Made by a program: the position numbers and the translations under genes. The notes beneath the pieces are model-generated. The model worked only from the letters and a program-made list of their open reading frames with translations. It was not told the DNA's origin and made no database searches. DNA of 64,000 nt from an uncultured Actinomycetes bacterium (GTDB lineage Bacteria; Actinomycetota; UBA4738; HRBIN12): positions 325,222 to 389,221 of the forward strand of contig CAWGFM010000005.1 in NCBI GenBank assembly GCA_963821935.1, written 5' to 3'. Shown here piece by piece: positions 33,533 to 42,134 of the stretch (positions are counted from its first letter, which is position 1; each line of letters begins with the position of its first letter).

Positions 33533-34975
33533 ATGGAGGTGAGCGACCTGGAACGCGCGACGCACACGTTGCACCGGCTCACTTCGTATGAGCCTGGACG
33601 CGAGTGGGACGACCCGATCGAAGACCCACGCGTGCTGCAGGATCTCGAGGTCAACGACCTCGATCGCTTCCCGTGGTTCTACAAGCGGTATGCGAAGTCC
33701 CTGCCCCGGGTGCGGCTCCCCCGTACCCTGCCGGCCACGACCGCCTCGGCCGTGGCGGTGCTCGCGGGCACCGCCGACCTGGACCCGACCGAACCCGACC
33801 TACCCCACCTTTCGCGCGTGCTGCACCTGTCTGCGGGCGTGGTGCGCACCATGGAACGTCCGTATGCGACGTGGCTGTTCCGCGCCGCAGGATCCGCAGG
33901 CGGCCGTTTCCCGCTCGAGCTGTACGTCGCCGTGCCCGATGGCACGGCGCTGCCCGCGGGGGTGCATTGGTACGACCCGCAGGACCATGCGCTCGTGCAG
34001 GTTGGGCCCACGCCGGCCGGGGAGACACCAGCAGTGGTCGTCACCGGCGTTCCGTGGCGCACCGGATGGCGCTACCGCGAGCGGGGGTACCGGCACGTGT
34101 ACTGGGACGCCGGCACCATGCTCGCCCACATGCTCGCGGTAGCCGATTCCGCGAGGATCGCCGCGCGGCTGTTCAGTCGTTTCCCGGACGAGGCCGTCGC
34201 AGCGCTCGTCGGCGCGGACGGTTCACACGAGTGGCCCGTCGCCGTCGTCGCGCTCGGCGAGGGCGCTCCTGCGATCGAGGCGACCGATGCAGCCGTTCCG
34301 GGCGACGTCGACGCGGCCCCGTTGGCCTTCCCGCTCGTCACGGCGGCGCAGCGAGCGGGGATGCTCGAGTCGCTGGGACCGCCGTGGGGTCGCGGCCTCC
34401 CGGTCGATGTATCCGTCCCGGCAACGGGTCCGGTCGAGACGGTCGTGCTCGCTCGCGGTTCGCAACGGCGGATGGACCCCACCCGCGGTGTGCCGGAGCG
34501 CCTGCTGCGCACCTGCATGGATGTCGCCCTGCGGGGTGTCGCTCTTGCGCACTTCGTCGTCGTGCACGACGTCGAAGGCGTGACGCCCGGTGTGTACCGC
34601 TGGCCCGAACTCGCGGCCCCGGTGCGAGCCGGCGGCTTGCGAGACGAGCTGTACCGGGTGTGCCTCGAGCAGGGACTGGCGCGCGACGCCGCATTCGTCG
34701 TGATCGCCGCGACCGATGTCAACGAACTGGACGATCGGGAGTACCGGGAGGCGCAGCTCGCGGCCGGACTCGTCGAGGGCAGGCTCCACCTGCTCGCCTA
34801 CAGCCTCGGTGCCAGTGCCTCCGGCATGACGTTCCTCGACAGCGAGGTGCCCGCGCTGCTGGGCGAGCCGCTCGATGCCCTGCTGTTCACCTGCATCGGG
34901 GTGCCTGAGTACGAATCGGCGGCCGGCGGACCACCCGGCGCGCCGACCACCGTCGGCAAGGTGACCGAGCGGTGA
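33533..34975 (+). CDS. SagB/ThcOx-type dehydrogenase (double nitroreductase-fold)
   Basis: 480 aa. N-terminal LHRLTSYEPGREWDDP...FPWFYKRYAKSLPRVRLP, then RAAGSAGGRFPLELYV, and a second half with GVYRW...AFVVIAATD...REAQLAAGLVEGRLHLLAYSLGASASGMTF. Confidence 0.8.
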   Translation: MEVSDLERATHTLHRLTSYEPGREWDDPIEDPRVLQDLEVNDLDRFPWFYKRYAKSLPRVRLPRTLPATTASAVAVLAGTADLDPTEPDLPHLSRVLHLSAGVVRTMERPYATWLFRAAGSAGGRFPLELYVAVPDGTALPAGVHWYDPQDHALVQVGPTPAGETPAVVVTGVPWRTGWRYRERGYRHVYWDAGTMLAHMLAVADSARIAARLFSRFPDEAVAALVGADGSHEWPVAVVALGEGAPAIEATDAAVPGDVDAAPLAFPLVTAAQRAGMLESLGPPWGRGLPVDVSVPATGPVETVVLARGSQRRMDPTRGVPERLLRTCMDVALRGVALAHFVVVHDVEGVTPGVYRWPELAAPVRAGGLRDELYRVCLEQGLARDAAFVVIAATDVNELDDREYREAQLAAGLVEGRLHLLAYSLGASASGMTFLDSEVPALLGEPLDALLFTCIGVPEYESAAGGPPGAPTTVGKVTER

Positions 34976-34980
34976 CGGCG

Positions 34981-37155
34981 TCAGTCCAGCAGCGCTGACT
35001 GCGCCCGCTGCGCGTCGATCAATCTCGCTGCGAGGGTGGTCGCCAGCCACCGGTGCAGGGCTGCAGCCGTCTCCGGCTCATCGGTCTCCAGTCGATCGAG
35101 CGATGCCCGGCTGAGCCCGAGCACCACGCTCTGCGTCTCGGCGATCACGTCGGCCGTCCGAGGCATGCCCGTGTACATCGCGATCTCGCCCACCACCACT
35201 CCCGGTCGGATCGTGCTCAGGCGGATCCGTGCTCCCTCCGGCGTGACGAGCTCGATCCGCAGTCGACCGGACTCCAGGATGAACATCGCATCGGGAGGGT
35301 CCCCGTGGTGGATCAGCACGGTGCCCTCCGCGATCGATGTGCGGTCGAGGTAGGTCCTCAGATGCGGTGGGAGCTCGGCCACGCCATCGCCCGCCGGTCC
35401 CCCGGCCTGGAACGCTTCCTCGAGGAGCCGGTCCTCGCACCACTGGAGACCGCGATCGAGGTCGGGCTCGAACCGCACGGCCCCGTCGGAGGCGATCACC
35501 TCTCCCCGGCGCAGCTGCTCCTGCACCTGATCGGACGCATCCACGAACACGAGCTCGAAACCGCTCGTCTCAGCGAGTTGGGCGACCTTGCGCAGGGCCA
35601 GCACCCCGGAAGCGTCCACGCCGGTGGCCCGCCGAAGATCCAGGATGAGGAACCGGATCGGTCCGGTTTCCACGCGCTTGCGGATCCGTTCGAGCAGTCC
35701 GCTCGCGGTGCCGAAGAACACGAACCCGTTCAGGCGCAGGATCTGGACACGATCGACCTGGCGCAGCAGCGCTTCACGCTCTGCGGGAGGTCGGTCGACG
35801 TTGCTTCGATATGTCGTGCCGAACGCGACCTCATGGATGAGATCGATCCGGCCGTAGTTCACGGCGAACACGACGACCGCCAGGACCAACCCAAGGACGA
35901 GGCCGACCAGCAGCCCTTTCGTGGCGATCGTCACCACGATGGCGAGGACGATGAGGTACTCGCCCACGGGCAGCGACTTCCGAACGTCGATGATCCACGC
36001 GACCAGGAACGACAGACCGACGAACACCAGCACGCCGGCGACGATCATCTTCGGGATCAACCCCACGAGCGTGGCGCCGAACACGATCACTCCGAGCGGA
36101 ACGAGCGCAGCGAGCAGGCCGGCCACTCGTCCATCGGCGGCCATCTGCTGTGCGAGCGCCGACAAGCTGAGGGCCTGGTAGCCGGGGAGTCCCCCGAAGA
36201 CACCTGAAGCGACGTTGACCAGACCCGCGGCTCGGAGCTGCTTGTTCGAGTCGAGATCGGTGCGGAGGAGCAGCTCGACGCCGCCCACGTTGAACAGACA
36301 TGCCATCACGGCGACGAGCACAGCGGTCGCGATCCCGGCCCCCTGATCGAGCACTGCCGACCAGTCCGCGAAGGTGATCGCGCGCATCGTCCATTGCTCC
36401 CAGAGCGGCTCCGTTGAGCCAGCGAACGGACCCAGCAGCCACAGACCGTCTCGTGCCTCTTGGATCGACGACCCAGTGACCAGCATCCCGCCCGCGAACA
36501 GCGCGAGTCCCAGAGCCATCATGGCCGGGATCACCAGCGGACGTCGCACGACCCGCGTCGCGACCACCAGCACGAGACCGAAGGCCAGGGCCGGAACCCA
36601 CCGGACCAGCTGGAAGGATTCCATGTACTCGTCGATCTTCGCCAACTCCAGATCGACGCCCGACGCCACCCGGAGCCCACCCTTCATGAGCAACCACCCG
36701 GTCCCGGCGAGGAAGCCCCCCACCACCGGGTAGGGGATGAATCTCGCGAGATTGCCCAACCGGAACGTCCCGAGCAGGAGGAAGGTCAGCGCGGTCAGGA
36801 GCGTGATGACCATGGTGGCCGCGACGACCGTATAGAAGGCCACGTAGATGCTGCCCTGTGTATCGAGGGCCGCATTCGCCGCGACGATCGTCAGGACCGC
36901 GGCAGCCGCGTCCTGGACGCTTCCCACGACACCTCGCCTGCCCGACCTCCAGGCGATGATCGCGAGCGAGACCGTGGCCGCGAACAGGTAGATGCCGATC
37001 CCGGCAGGCAGGAACTGCTCCAGATACCCGCCGAAGACCAGGGCCGCGAACGAGATCGCGAGGACGACCTCGACGATGCCGATGATGACCCCTGCGGAGA
37101 TGGTCGCCAGCAGTGCGCCGGTTCGCGATCGAACAGACACTGGCCCCCCCTCCAT
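34981..37155 (-). CDS. SulP-family anion transporter fused to STAS and cyclic-nucleotide-binding domains
   Basis: Multi-TM SulP core, a STAS domain (VQILRLNGFVFFGTASGL...FLILDLRRATGVDASGVLAL) and a CNB domain (EGTVLIHHGDPPDAMFILESGRLRIEL...GVVVGEIAMYTGMPRTADVIAE). ATG 37155 (preceded by GGAGGGG) is preferred; the track start 37263 overlaps the upstream gene. Confidence 0.85.
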   Translation of the reverse strand: MEGGPVSVRSRTGALLATISAGVIIGIVEVVLAISFAALVFGGYLEQFLPAGIGIYLFAATVSLAIIAWRSGRRGVVGSVQDAAAAVLTIVAANAALDTQGSIYVAFYTVVAATMVITLLTALTFLLLGTFRLGNLARFIPYPVVGGFLAGTGWLLMKGGLRVASGVDLELAKIDEYMESFQLVRWVPALAFGLVLVVATRVVRRPLVIPAMMALGLALFAGGMLVTGSSIQEARDGLWLLGPFAGSTEPLWEQWTMRAITFADWSAVLDQGAGIATAVLVAVMACLFNVGGVELLLRTDLDSNKQLRAAGLVNVASGVFGGLPGYQALSLSALAQQMAADGRVAGLLAALVPLGVIVFGATLVGLIPKMIVAGVLVFVGLSFLVAWIIDVRKSLPVGEYLIVLAIVVTIATKGLLVGLVLGLVLAVVVFAVNYGRIDLIHEVAFGTTYRSNVDRPPAEREALLRQVDRVQILRLNGFVFFGTASGLLERIRKRVETGPIRFLILDLRRATGVDASGVLALRKVAQLAETSGFELVFVDASDQVQEQLRRGEVIASDGAVRFEPDLDRGLQWCEDRLLEEAFQAGGPAGDGVAELPPHLRTYLDRTSIAEGTVLIHHGDPPDAMFILESGRLRIELVTPEGARIRLSTIRPGVVVGEIAMYTGMPRTADVIAETQSVVLGLSRASLDRLETDEPETAAALHRWLATTLAARLIDAQRAQSALLD

Positions 37156-37231
37156 GGCCCCCCTCCACGGCAACGACTGCTCGCCTGCGAACAGCACCCT
37201 ATGCGCCGACGCCGCTCGGCGCCAGAGCTCG

Positions 37232-38257
37232 TCAGCCGTCCCAGCGGACGGCGATCCGCTCATTGAGACCGGGCAGCGGCAAGGACTCGGCTTCCGCCTC
37301 GACGGCGGCGCGTGCCCCGCGTGACAATCGGCGCCAGGTCTGGACCGTCACCGTCCGTTGCGCACGTCGCCACGTCCCGACGAGCTCGCCATCGAGGAGG
37401 AGGCCGCCCGGCCACACGCGCGAGGTCCAGAGCTCACCGCGACGATCCGCGTCGGGGACCAGGAGCTCGCGATCGTGTCCTTGGAGGAGGAAGTACGCGT
37501 CGCCGCTCGGGAGGAATCGCGCCGGCGCCACCGCCCCCGGAGGGACCCGGAACGAAGGTTCGTCGCGCGCAAGGATCCATGCGTCGCCGATCGGTGTTCG
37601 CACCGCGGTGAGGGACCTGCGGAGCGCGTCGAACGCCTCGCTGCTTCGCCGACGTGGGACCCCCGACCACTGAGCGAACGCCTCGGGCGTGGTGGGCCCG
37701 AACACGTGCAGGTACCGTCGCGCGAGTTCCAGGCGAGCGTCGCGAGGCTCGACCTCGGGTGGGGGCGTGACCCAGACGGTGGGCAGTCGCGCACCGTCCC
37801 ATCGGAGCAGGACGGTGCCGGTCGGAGCCGCGTATCGGAGCATGTTGGGGTTCTCGCCGAGCGCCCTGCCCGCCTCGCCGTAGCTCATCCTCGCGTCGCC
37901 GAGGACGGCTGCCAGTCGGGAGGCGAGGCTCTCCGCCTTGTGGCGGGCACCGGCCTCGTCCGGCAGCCTCCCGAGCGAGAAGACGGCGAGGTCACGCTTC
38001 GCGACGACGTAGGCGTGGTGGCGCGGCCCCCAGAGCTGCACGAGCGAGGGGTCTTCCCAGGTCGTCGGTTCGGTTCCCTCGACGCGCGCATGGATCGACA
38101 GGAGCGCGGCTCGGGGCATGCTGTCCTGTAGGCCAGCCCATGCCGCACGCCGGAGCGAACGGCGTCCGCGCGGCAGCCGCTGATCCAGCGATCCGACGTG
38201 CCGCCGGAACGCGAGGATCTGCTCCCGCGTAAGGCTGAGTCGACCCCTCGTCACCAT
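37232..38257 (-). CDS. Winged-helix HTH_42 family protein (YcaQ/AlkZ-like DNA glycosylase paralog 1)
   Basis: Start trimmed to MVTRGRLSLTREQILAFRRHVGSLDQRL (ATG 38257). Contains GLQDSMPRAALLSIHARV...LVQLWGPRHHAYVV...RRYLHVFGPTTPEAFAQWSG, typical of the family. Confidence 0.7.
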   Translation of the reverse strand: MVTRGRLSLTREQILAFRRHVGSLDQRLPRGRRSLRRAAWAGLQDSMPRAALLSIHARVEGTEPTTWEDPSLVQLWGPRHHAYVVAKRDLAVFSLGRLPDEAGARHKAESLASRLAAVLGDARMSYGEAGRALGENPNMLRYAAPTGTVLLRWDGARLPTVWVTPPPEVEPRDARLELARRYLHVFGPTTPEAFAQWSGVPRRRSSEAFDALRRSLTAVRTPIGDAWILARDEPSFRVPPGAVAPARFLPSGDAYFLLQGHDRELLVPDADRRGELWTSRVWPGGLLLDGELVGTWRRAQRTVTVQTWRRLSRGARAAVEAEAESLPLPGLNERIAVRWDG

Positions 38258-38268
38258 GGATCCGCAAC

Positions 38269-38538
38269 CTAGCCGTTCAGGGTTCGGCGTGCTCCGCTCG
38301 GGTTCGGATCGAACGTGAGCACGTCTCCCGGCTGACATCCCAGGGCCTCGCAGATCGCCGACAGCGTCGAGAACCTGACCGCGCGAGCCCTTCGGTTCTT
38401 GAGCACCGACAGATTCACGACCGTGACGCCGACCCGTTCCGCGAGCTCCGTGAGGGTCATTCCTCGGTCGTCGAGGAGACGATCCAGATGCACGGCGATC
38501 CGGTGGTCGAGCTCCGCGTCTGGCTCAGATCGTGGCAT
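38269..38538 (-). CDS. Small HTH transcriptional regulator (YozG/Cro-C1-like)
   Basis: 89 aa: IAVHLDRLLDDRGMTLTELAERVGVTVVNLSVLKNRRARAVRFSTLSAICEALGCQPGDVLTF. Overlaps the upstream membrane-protein gene by 14 nt. Confidence 0.8.
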   Translation of the reverse strand: MPRSEPDAELDHRIAVHLDRLLDDRGMTLTELAERVGVTVVNLSVLKNRRARAVRFSTLSAICEALGCQPGDVLTFDPNPSGARRTLNG

Positions 38539-39139
38539 CGACGTCCTCGCGCAGCTTGGCTCCGAACGCGAACACCTCCGCGAGCGCGAACAGGCTGACG
38601 GCGGCCATGATCGAGGCGCCGGACACCACGGGGGAATCGGTCACGATCCCGCCCTGTGGGAGCGATCCGCCCGTCCACACACCGTCGGAGAAGAACCGGT
38701 TCGTGCAGGCGCGTTCGACGATCGACGCCAACGGGAAGCCCAGCAGGAAGAGGGCGCCGAGCCCGCGCAGCCGGGCGACGTTCGATGCCCGGAACGGCTC
38801 TCCCTTCGCCGCGGATCGTGCCACTCCGCGCACGAGCCACAGGACAGCCAGCGTCAGCGCCCACCACGCGAGCGCCGGAACGGTCGCGATGACACGCTGC
38901 TCCATGCTGGGGGTGACGACATCGACCGTGACCGGCAGCGGTCCCGCGATCTCGAGCGTCGGTGGCAACTCGACATCGGAGACGGCCACAGCGGCCGGCA
39001 CGGAGAGACGGGAGGAATCCTGCCCGAACCCGACGAGGCGGTGTGCCACGACGACCAGACCGACCACCACGGCGAGCAGGAACAGGATGGTGAGCACGAC
39101 GTACGCGGTACGAGCGGTGCGAGTGGGCATCGGATCCAT
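38525..39139 (-). CDS. DUF2975-like small membrane protein
   Basis: 204 aa with 4 predicted TM helices, directly upstream of and overlapping a YozG-like HTH gene. That pairing is the usual DUF2975/HTH arrangement. RBS GGGAGG is present. Confidence 0.55.
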   Translation of the reverse strand: MDPMPTRTARTAYVVLTILFLLAVVVGLVVVAHRLVGFGQDSSRLSVPAAVAVSDVELPPTLEIAGPLPVTVDVVTPSMEQRVIATVPALAWWALTLAVLWLVRGVARSAAKGEPFRASNVARLRGLGALFLLGFPLASIVERACTNRFFSDGVWTGGSLPQGGIVTDSPVVSGASIMAAVSLFALAEVFAFGAKLREDVDATI

Positions 39140-39152
39140 CGGGGAACCTCCC

Positions 39153-39183
39153 TATCGTTCATCGATACTATCGATGAACGATA
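39153..39183. promoter_or_regulatory. Perfect 31-nt palindrome (operator candidate) plus a third half-site
   Basis: TATCGTTCATCGATA-C-TATCGATGAACGATA (39153-39183), then ATCGATAAACGATA (39186-39199). This is an AT-rich island 14 nt upstream of the DUF2975-HTH operon start, in the divergent gap to the second YcaQ-like gene. Confidence 0.6.
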
Positions 39184-39264
39184 GCATCGATAAACGATAT
39201 GTCAAGATCGAGATCAGCCGCACTCGACCCTGCCGCGATCGGTGATGAGCCCTAGGCTCGTGAC

Positions 39265-40371
39265 GTGACGGTCCCCTTCGAGCTGTCCAGGAAGGACGCG
39301 CGGCGGATCGCCGTCCGTGCCCAGCTGCTCGACGCCGAGCGACCGGCCGGGCTGCTGGCGATGGTTCGACATCTCAACCTGCTCCAGCTCGACCCGATCG
39401 CGGCGGTGGCCCCCAGCGCCGACCTGGTCGCGTGGAGCCGCCTCGGATCGTCCTACTCCTCCGAACAACTGCGTGGCGCCCTGCAAGCACGCACGCTGGT
39501 CGAGCTCCAGGCGATGGTTCGCCCCGCGGAGGACATCGCGCTCTACCGAGCCGACATGGCGGAATGGCCCGGGGGCGGCGAGTTGCGCGACTGGCAGGCG
39601 TATCGACGCGATTGGGTCCAGGCCAACGACGCCGGCCGGCGAGAGATCCTCGCGACGCTCGAGGGCTCGGGCCCGCTGACCATGCGCGAGCTGCCTGCCT
39701 CGCTCGCCAAGCCCTGGCAGTCGACGGGATGGACCAACAACCGAAACGTCGAGAAGCTGCTCGACTTCATGGTGCAGCGAGGCGAGGTCGCGGTCGCCGG
39801 CAGACGAGGACGCGAACGGCTGTGGGATCTGGCGTCTCGGGTCTACCCGAACGATCGCGTCCTCCCGGCCGAGGACGCACGGCGAACACGAGACGAGCGC
39901 CGGCTTCGAGCGCTCGGCATCGCTCGTGCCCGCGGTCCTGAGTGCCCCGTCGAGCCCGTCGACGTAAGCGAGGCAGGCGAGCCGGCCGTCGTGGAAGGGG
40001 TCAAGGGCCAGTGGCGCGTCGACCCGTCGGCGTTGGGGCGATCGTTCACCGGACGCACCGCACTGCTGTCGCCGTTCGACCGACTGGTGCACGACCGGAA
40101 GCGCACCGTTGAGCTGTTCGACTTCGACTACCAGCTCGAGATGTACAAGCCGGCGGCGAAGCGCCGATGGGGCTACTACGCGCTGCCGGTGCTGCACCGC
40201 GACCGGCTGATCGGCAAGATCGACGCCACCGCGGATCGCTCAGCGAGGGTGCTCCGGGTCGACGCGATCCACGAGGACGAACCGTTCACCAAGTCGGCAG
40301 CTGCGGGTGTGCGCCGTGAGTTGAAGGATCTGGCTCGCTGGCTGGAGCTCGACCTGACCCTGCCCGACTGA
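39265..40371 (+). CDS. YcaQ-family DNA glycosylase-like protein (paralog 2)
   Basis: 368 aa: RRIAVRAQLLD...MVRHLNLLQLDPIAAVAPSADLVAWSRL (Q-L-D motif) ... FDFDYQLEMYKPAAKRRWGYYALPVLHRDRLIGKIDA. Confidence 0.8.
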   Translation: MTVPFELSRKDARRIAVRAQLLDAERPAGLLAMVRHLNLLQLDPIAAVAPSADLVAWSRLGSSYSSEQLRGALQARTLVELQAMVRPAEDIALYRADMAEWPGGGELRDWQAYRRDWVQANDAGRREILATLEGSGPLTMRELPASLAKPWQSTGWTNNRNVEKLLDFMVQRGEVAVAGRRGRERLWDLASRVYPNDRVLPAEDARRTRDERRLRALGIARARGPECPVEPVDVSEAGEPAVVEGVKGQWRVDPSALGRSFTGRTALLSPFDRLVHDRKRTVELFDFDYQLEMYKPAAKRRWGYYALPVLHRDRLIGKIDATADRSARVLRVDAIHEDEPFTKSAAAGVRRELKDLARWLELDLTLPD

Positions 40372-40407
40372 CCCCGAGCACCGCGGACCACGCGCTACGC
40401 TGCGTCG

Positions 40408-41139
40408 ATGCCCGGGTTCCACGCCGTCGTCGAGAGCGCGCACACCATCCAGAACCCGAGCAGCAAGGAGAAGCTGCTGCTGCTCGGCGAGCGGATGGAG
40501 CTTGGGCCCGGATCGCATGTCCTCGACGTCGCGTCGGGACAGGCGGGCCCGGCCATCCTGCTTGCGGGCGCGTACGGCTGTCAGGTGACGTGCGTCGAGC
40601 GAGCAGACGAGTTCCACAGTGCAGCCGACCATCGAGTGCACGACGCGGGCCTCGGCTCGCTGATCGAACTGGTCCACGCCGACGCCCGTGAGTTCCCGGC
40701 CGGGGTGGAACGCTTCGACGTGGCGATGTGTCTGGGGGCCAGCTTCGTGTGGGCCGGGCTCGCTGGCACCCTCGCTGCGCTGACGGCGGCCGTTCGGCCG
40801 GGTGGCTTCGTCGCGGTCGGCGAGCCGTACTGGCGAACGTGGCCGATCCCGTCCTTCGTCGACGACGACTACCGGGAGCCATTCACCTCGCTCGCCCTCA
40901 CCGTGGGACGATTCACGACTGCCGGCCTCACGCCCATCACGATGATCGATGCGTCGCTGGACGACTGGGACACCTACGAGACCCTGAAGTGGCGAACCGG
41001 GGAAGCCTGGCTCGCCGAGCACCCGGACGATCCCGGAGCCGAGGAGATCCGAGCCGGGCTCGACGAGTCGCGCGATCGCTACGTCCGCTGGCAGCGAGAT
41101 CTCTTCGGATGGGCCATCTTCGTGGGCCGGAAGCGGTAG
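40408..41139 (+). CDS. Class I SAM-dependent methyltransferase
   Basis: 243 aa with motif I VLDVASGQAGPAILLAG and a downstream FDVAMCLGASF. Confidence 0.8.
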   Translation: MPGFHAVVESAHTIQNPSSKEKLLLLGERMELGPGSHVLDVASGQAGPAILLAGAYGCQVTCVERADEFHSAADHRVHDAGLGSLIELVHADAREFPAGVERFDVAMCLGASFVWAGLAGTLAALTAAVRPGGFVAVGEPYWRTWPIPSFVDDDYREPFTSLALTVGRFTTAGLTPITMIDASLDDWDTYETLKWRTGEAWLAEHPDDPGAEEIRAGLDESRDRYVRWQRDLFGWAIFVGRKR

Positions 41140-41218
41140 GGCCGACCGACCCTGGTCATCACCGACCTCGGGCGGCGCCTCCGGCGGAGCCAGCGCTGGA
41201 TCGAGAGCAGGAGGAAGG

Positions 41219-41857
41219 ATGAACGCGAGGATCGCGCCCGCACGGTTGCACGAGCTCGGCTGGCGGATCGTGAGGGACGACGCAGCCGTCCATCTCCGAA
41301 CGGGATCGTTCGGCGACGGCGTGGCTCTGGCGGGCGACATCGGGACTATCGCCGAGGGGGCGCAGCGTGGCCCGCGGGTCGATCTCCGCCCGGACGGCGT
41401 CACCGTGCGCCTGCCGTCGGACCGCGAAGGACGATTCGGCGAGGATCAGATCGAGTTGGCGCGACGGATCTCCGCGGCGGCCGCAGCGCGTGGCGCGTCC
41501 GCGGATCCCGGCCACCTGCAGTCCGTGCAGATCGCGATCGACGCGCTCGTGATCCCGGACGTGCTGCCGTTCTGGCAGGCGGTGCTGGCCTACGACCAGG
41601 TAGGAGATGAAGACCTGGAGGACCCCCGCCACATGGGACCGCCGGTGTGGTTCCAGCAGATGGACGAGCGACGGCCGCAACGCAATCGGTTCCACGTCGA
41701 TGTGTACGTGCCTGCTGATCAGGCGGAGGCGCGCGTGGCGGCGGCGCTGGCCGCCGGCGGCCACATCGTCAACGACGAGCACGCCCCGGGCTGGTGGACC
41801 CTGGCCGACGCCGAAGGGAACGAGGTCGACGTCGCTGCCTGGCCCGACCTCGACTGA
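41219..41857 (+). CDS. Pterin-4a-carbinolamine dehydratase-like N-domain fused to a glyoxalase/VOC-like C-domain
   Basis: 212 aa. The N-terminal half is PCD-like (LHELGWRIV...FGDGVALAGDIGTIAE...), with no canonical HHP seen. The C-terminal half reads FWQAVLAY...PPVWFQQMDE...RFHVDVYVP...GWWTLADAEGNEVDV. Confidence 0.55.
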   Translation: MNARIAPARLHELGWRIVRDDAAVHLRTGSFGDGVALAGDIGTIAEGAQRGPRVDLRPDGVTVRLPSDREGRFGEDQIELARRISAAAAARGASADPGHLQSVQIAIDALVIPDVLPFWQAVLAYDQVGDEDLEDPRHMGPPVWFQQMDERRPQRNRFHVDVYVPADQAEARVAAALAAGGHIVNDEHAPGWWTLADAEGNEVDVAAWPDLD

Positions 41858-42134
41858 CGGAGCGGGTGCTCGGGAGGCCTCTCGACCGGCGGCTGCCAGT
41901 CTGCTCGAGCTCCGACTGGCCGAGCTATTGTCGCGCCATGGCGACCCGCATGCGGTCCTCCGGCGAGATCAGGTGGTCCTCGTCACGCGACGCTTCGTCC
42001 AGGTCGATCTGGACCCACGTGACCCGACCGGAGAAGGTGCTTCTCTTCCGGGGCCCGCATCCGCCGACGCCTCGACTAGCGCGCCCGGCGAGAGAGGCGT
42101 AGCATCGCGCGCAACCAACCTCCGGAGGTATCGG

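Noticed and set aside
41900-42030. Minus-strand reading frame giving ...TFSGRVTWVQIDLDEASRDEDHLISPEDRMRVAMARQ-stop between the PCD-VOC gene and the BNR gene
   Set aside because: It looks faintly protein-like, but there is no start codon giving an ORF of useful length and no motif was recognised. It may be a gene remnant but is not supportable.
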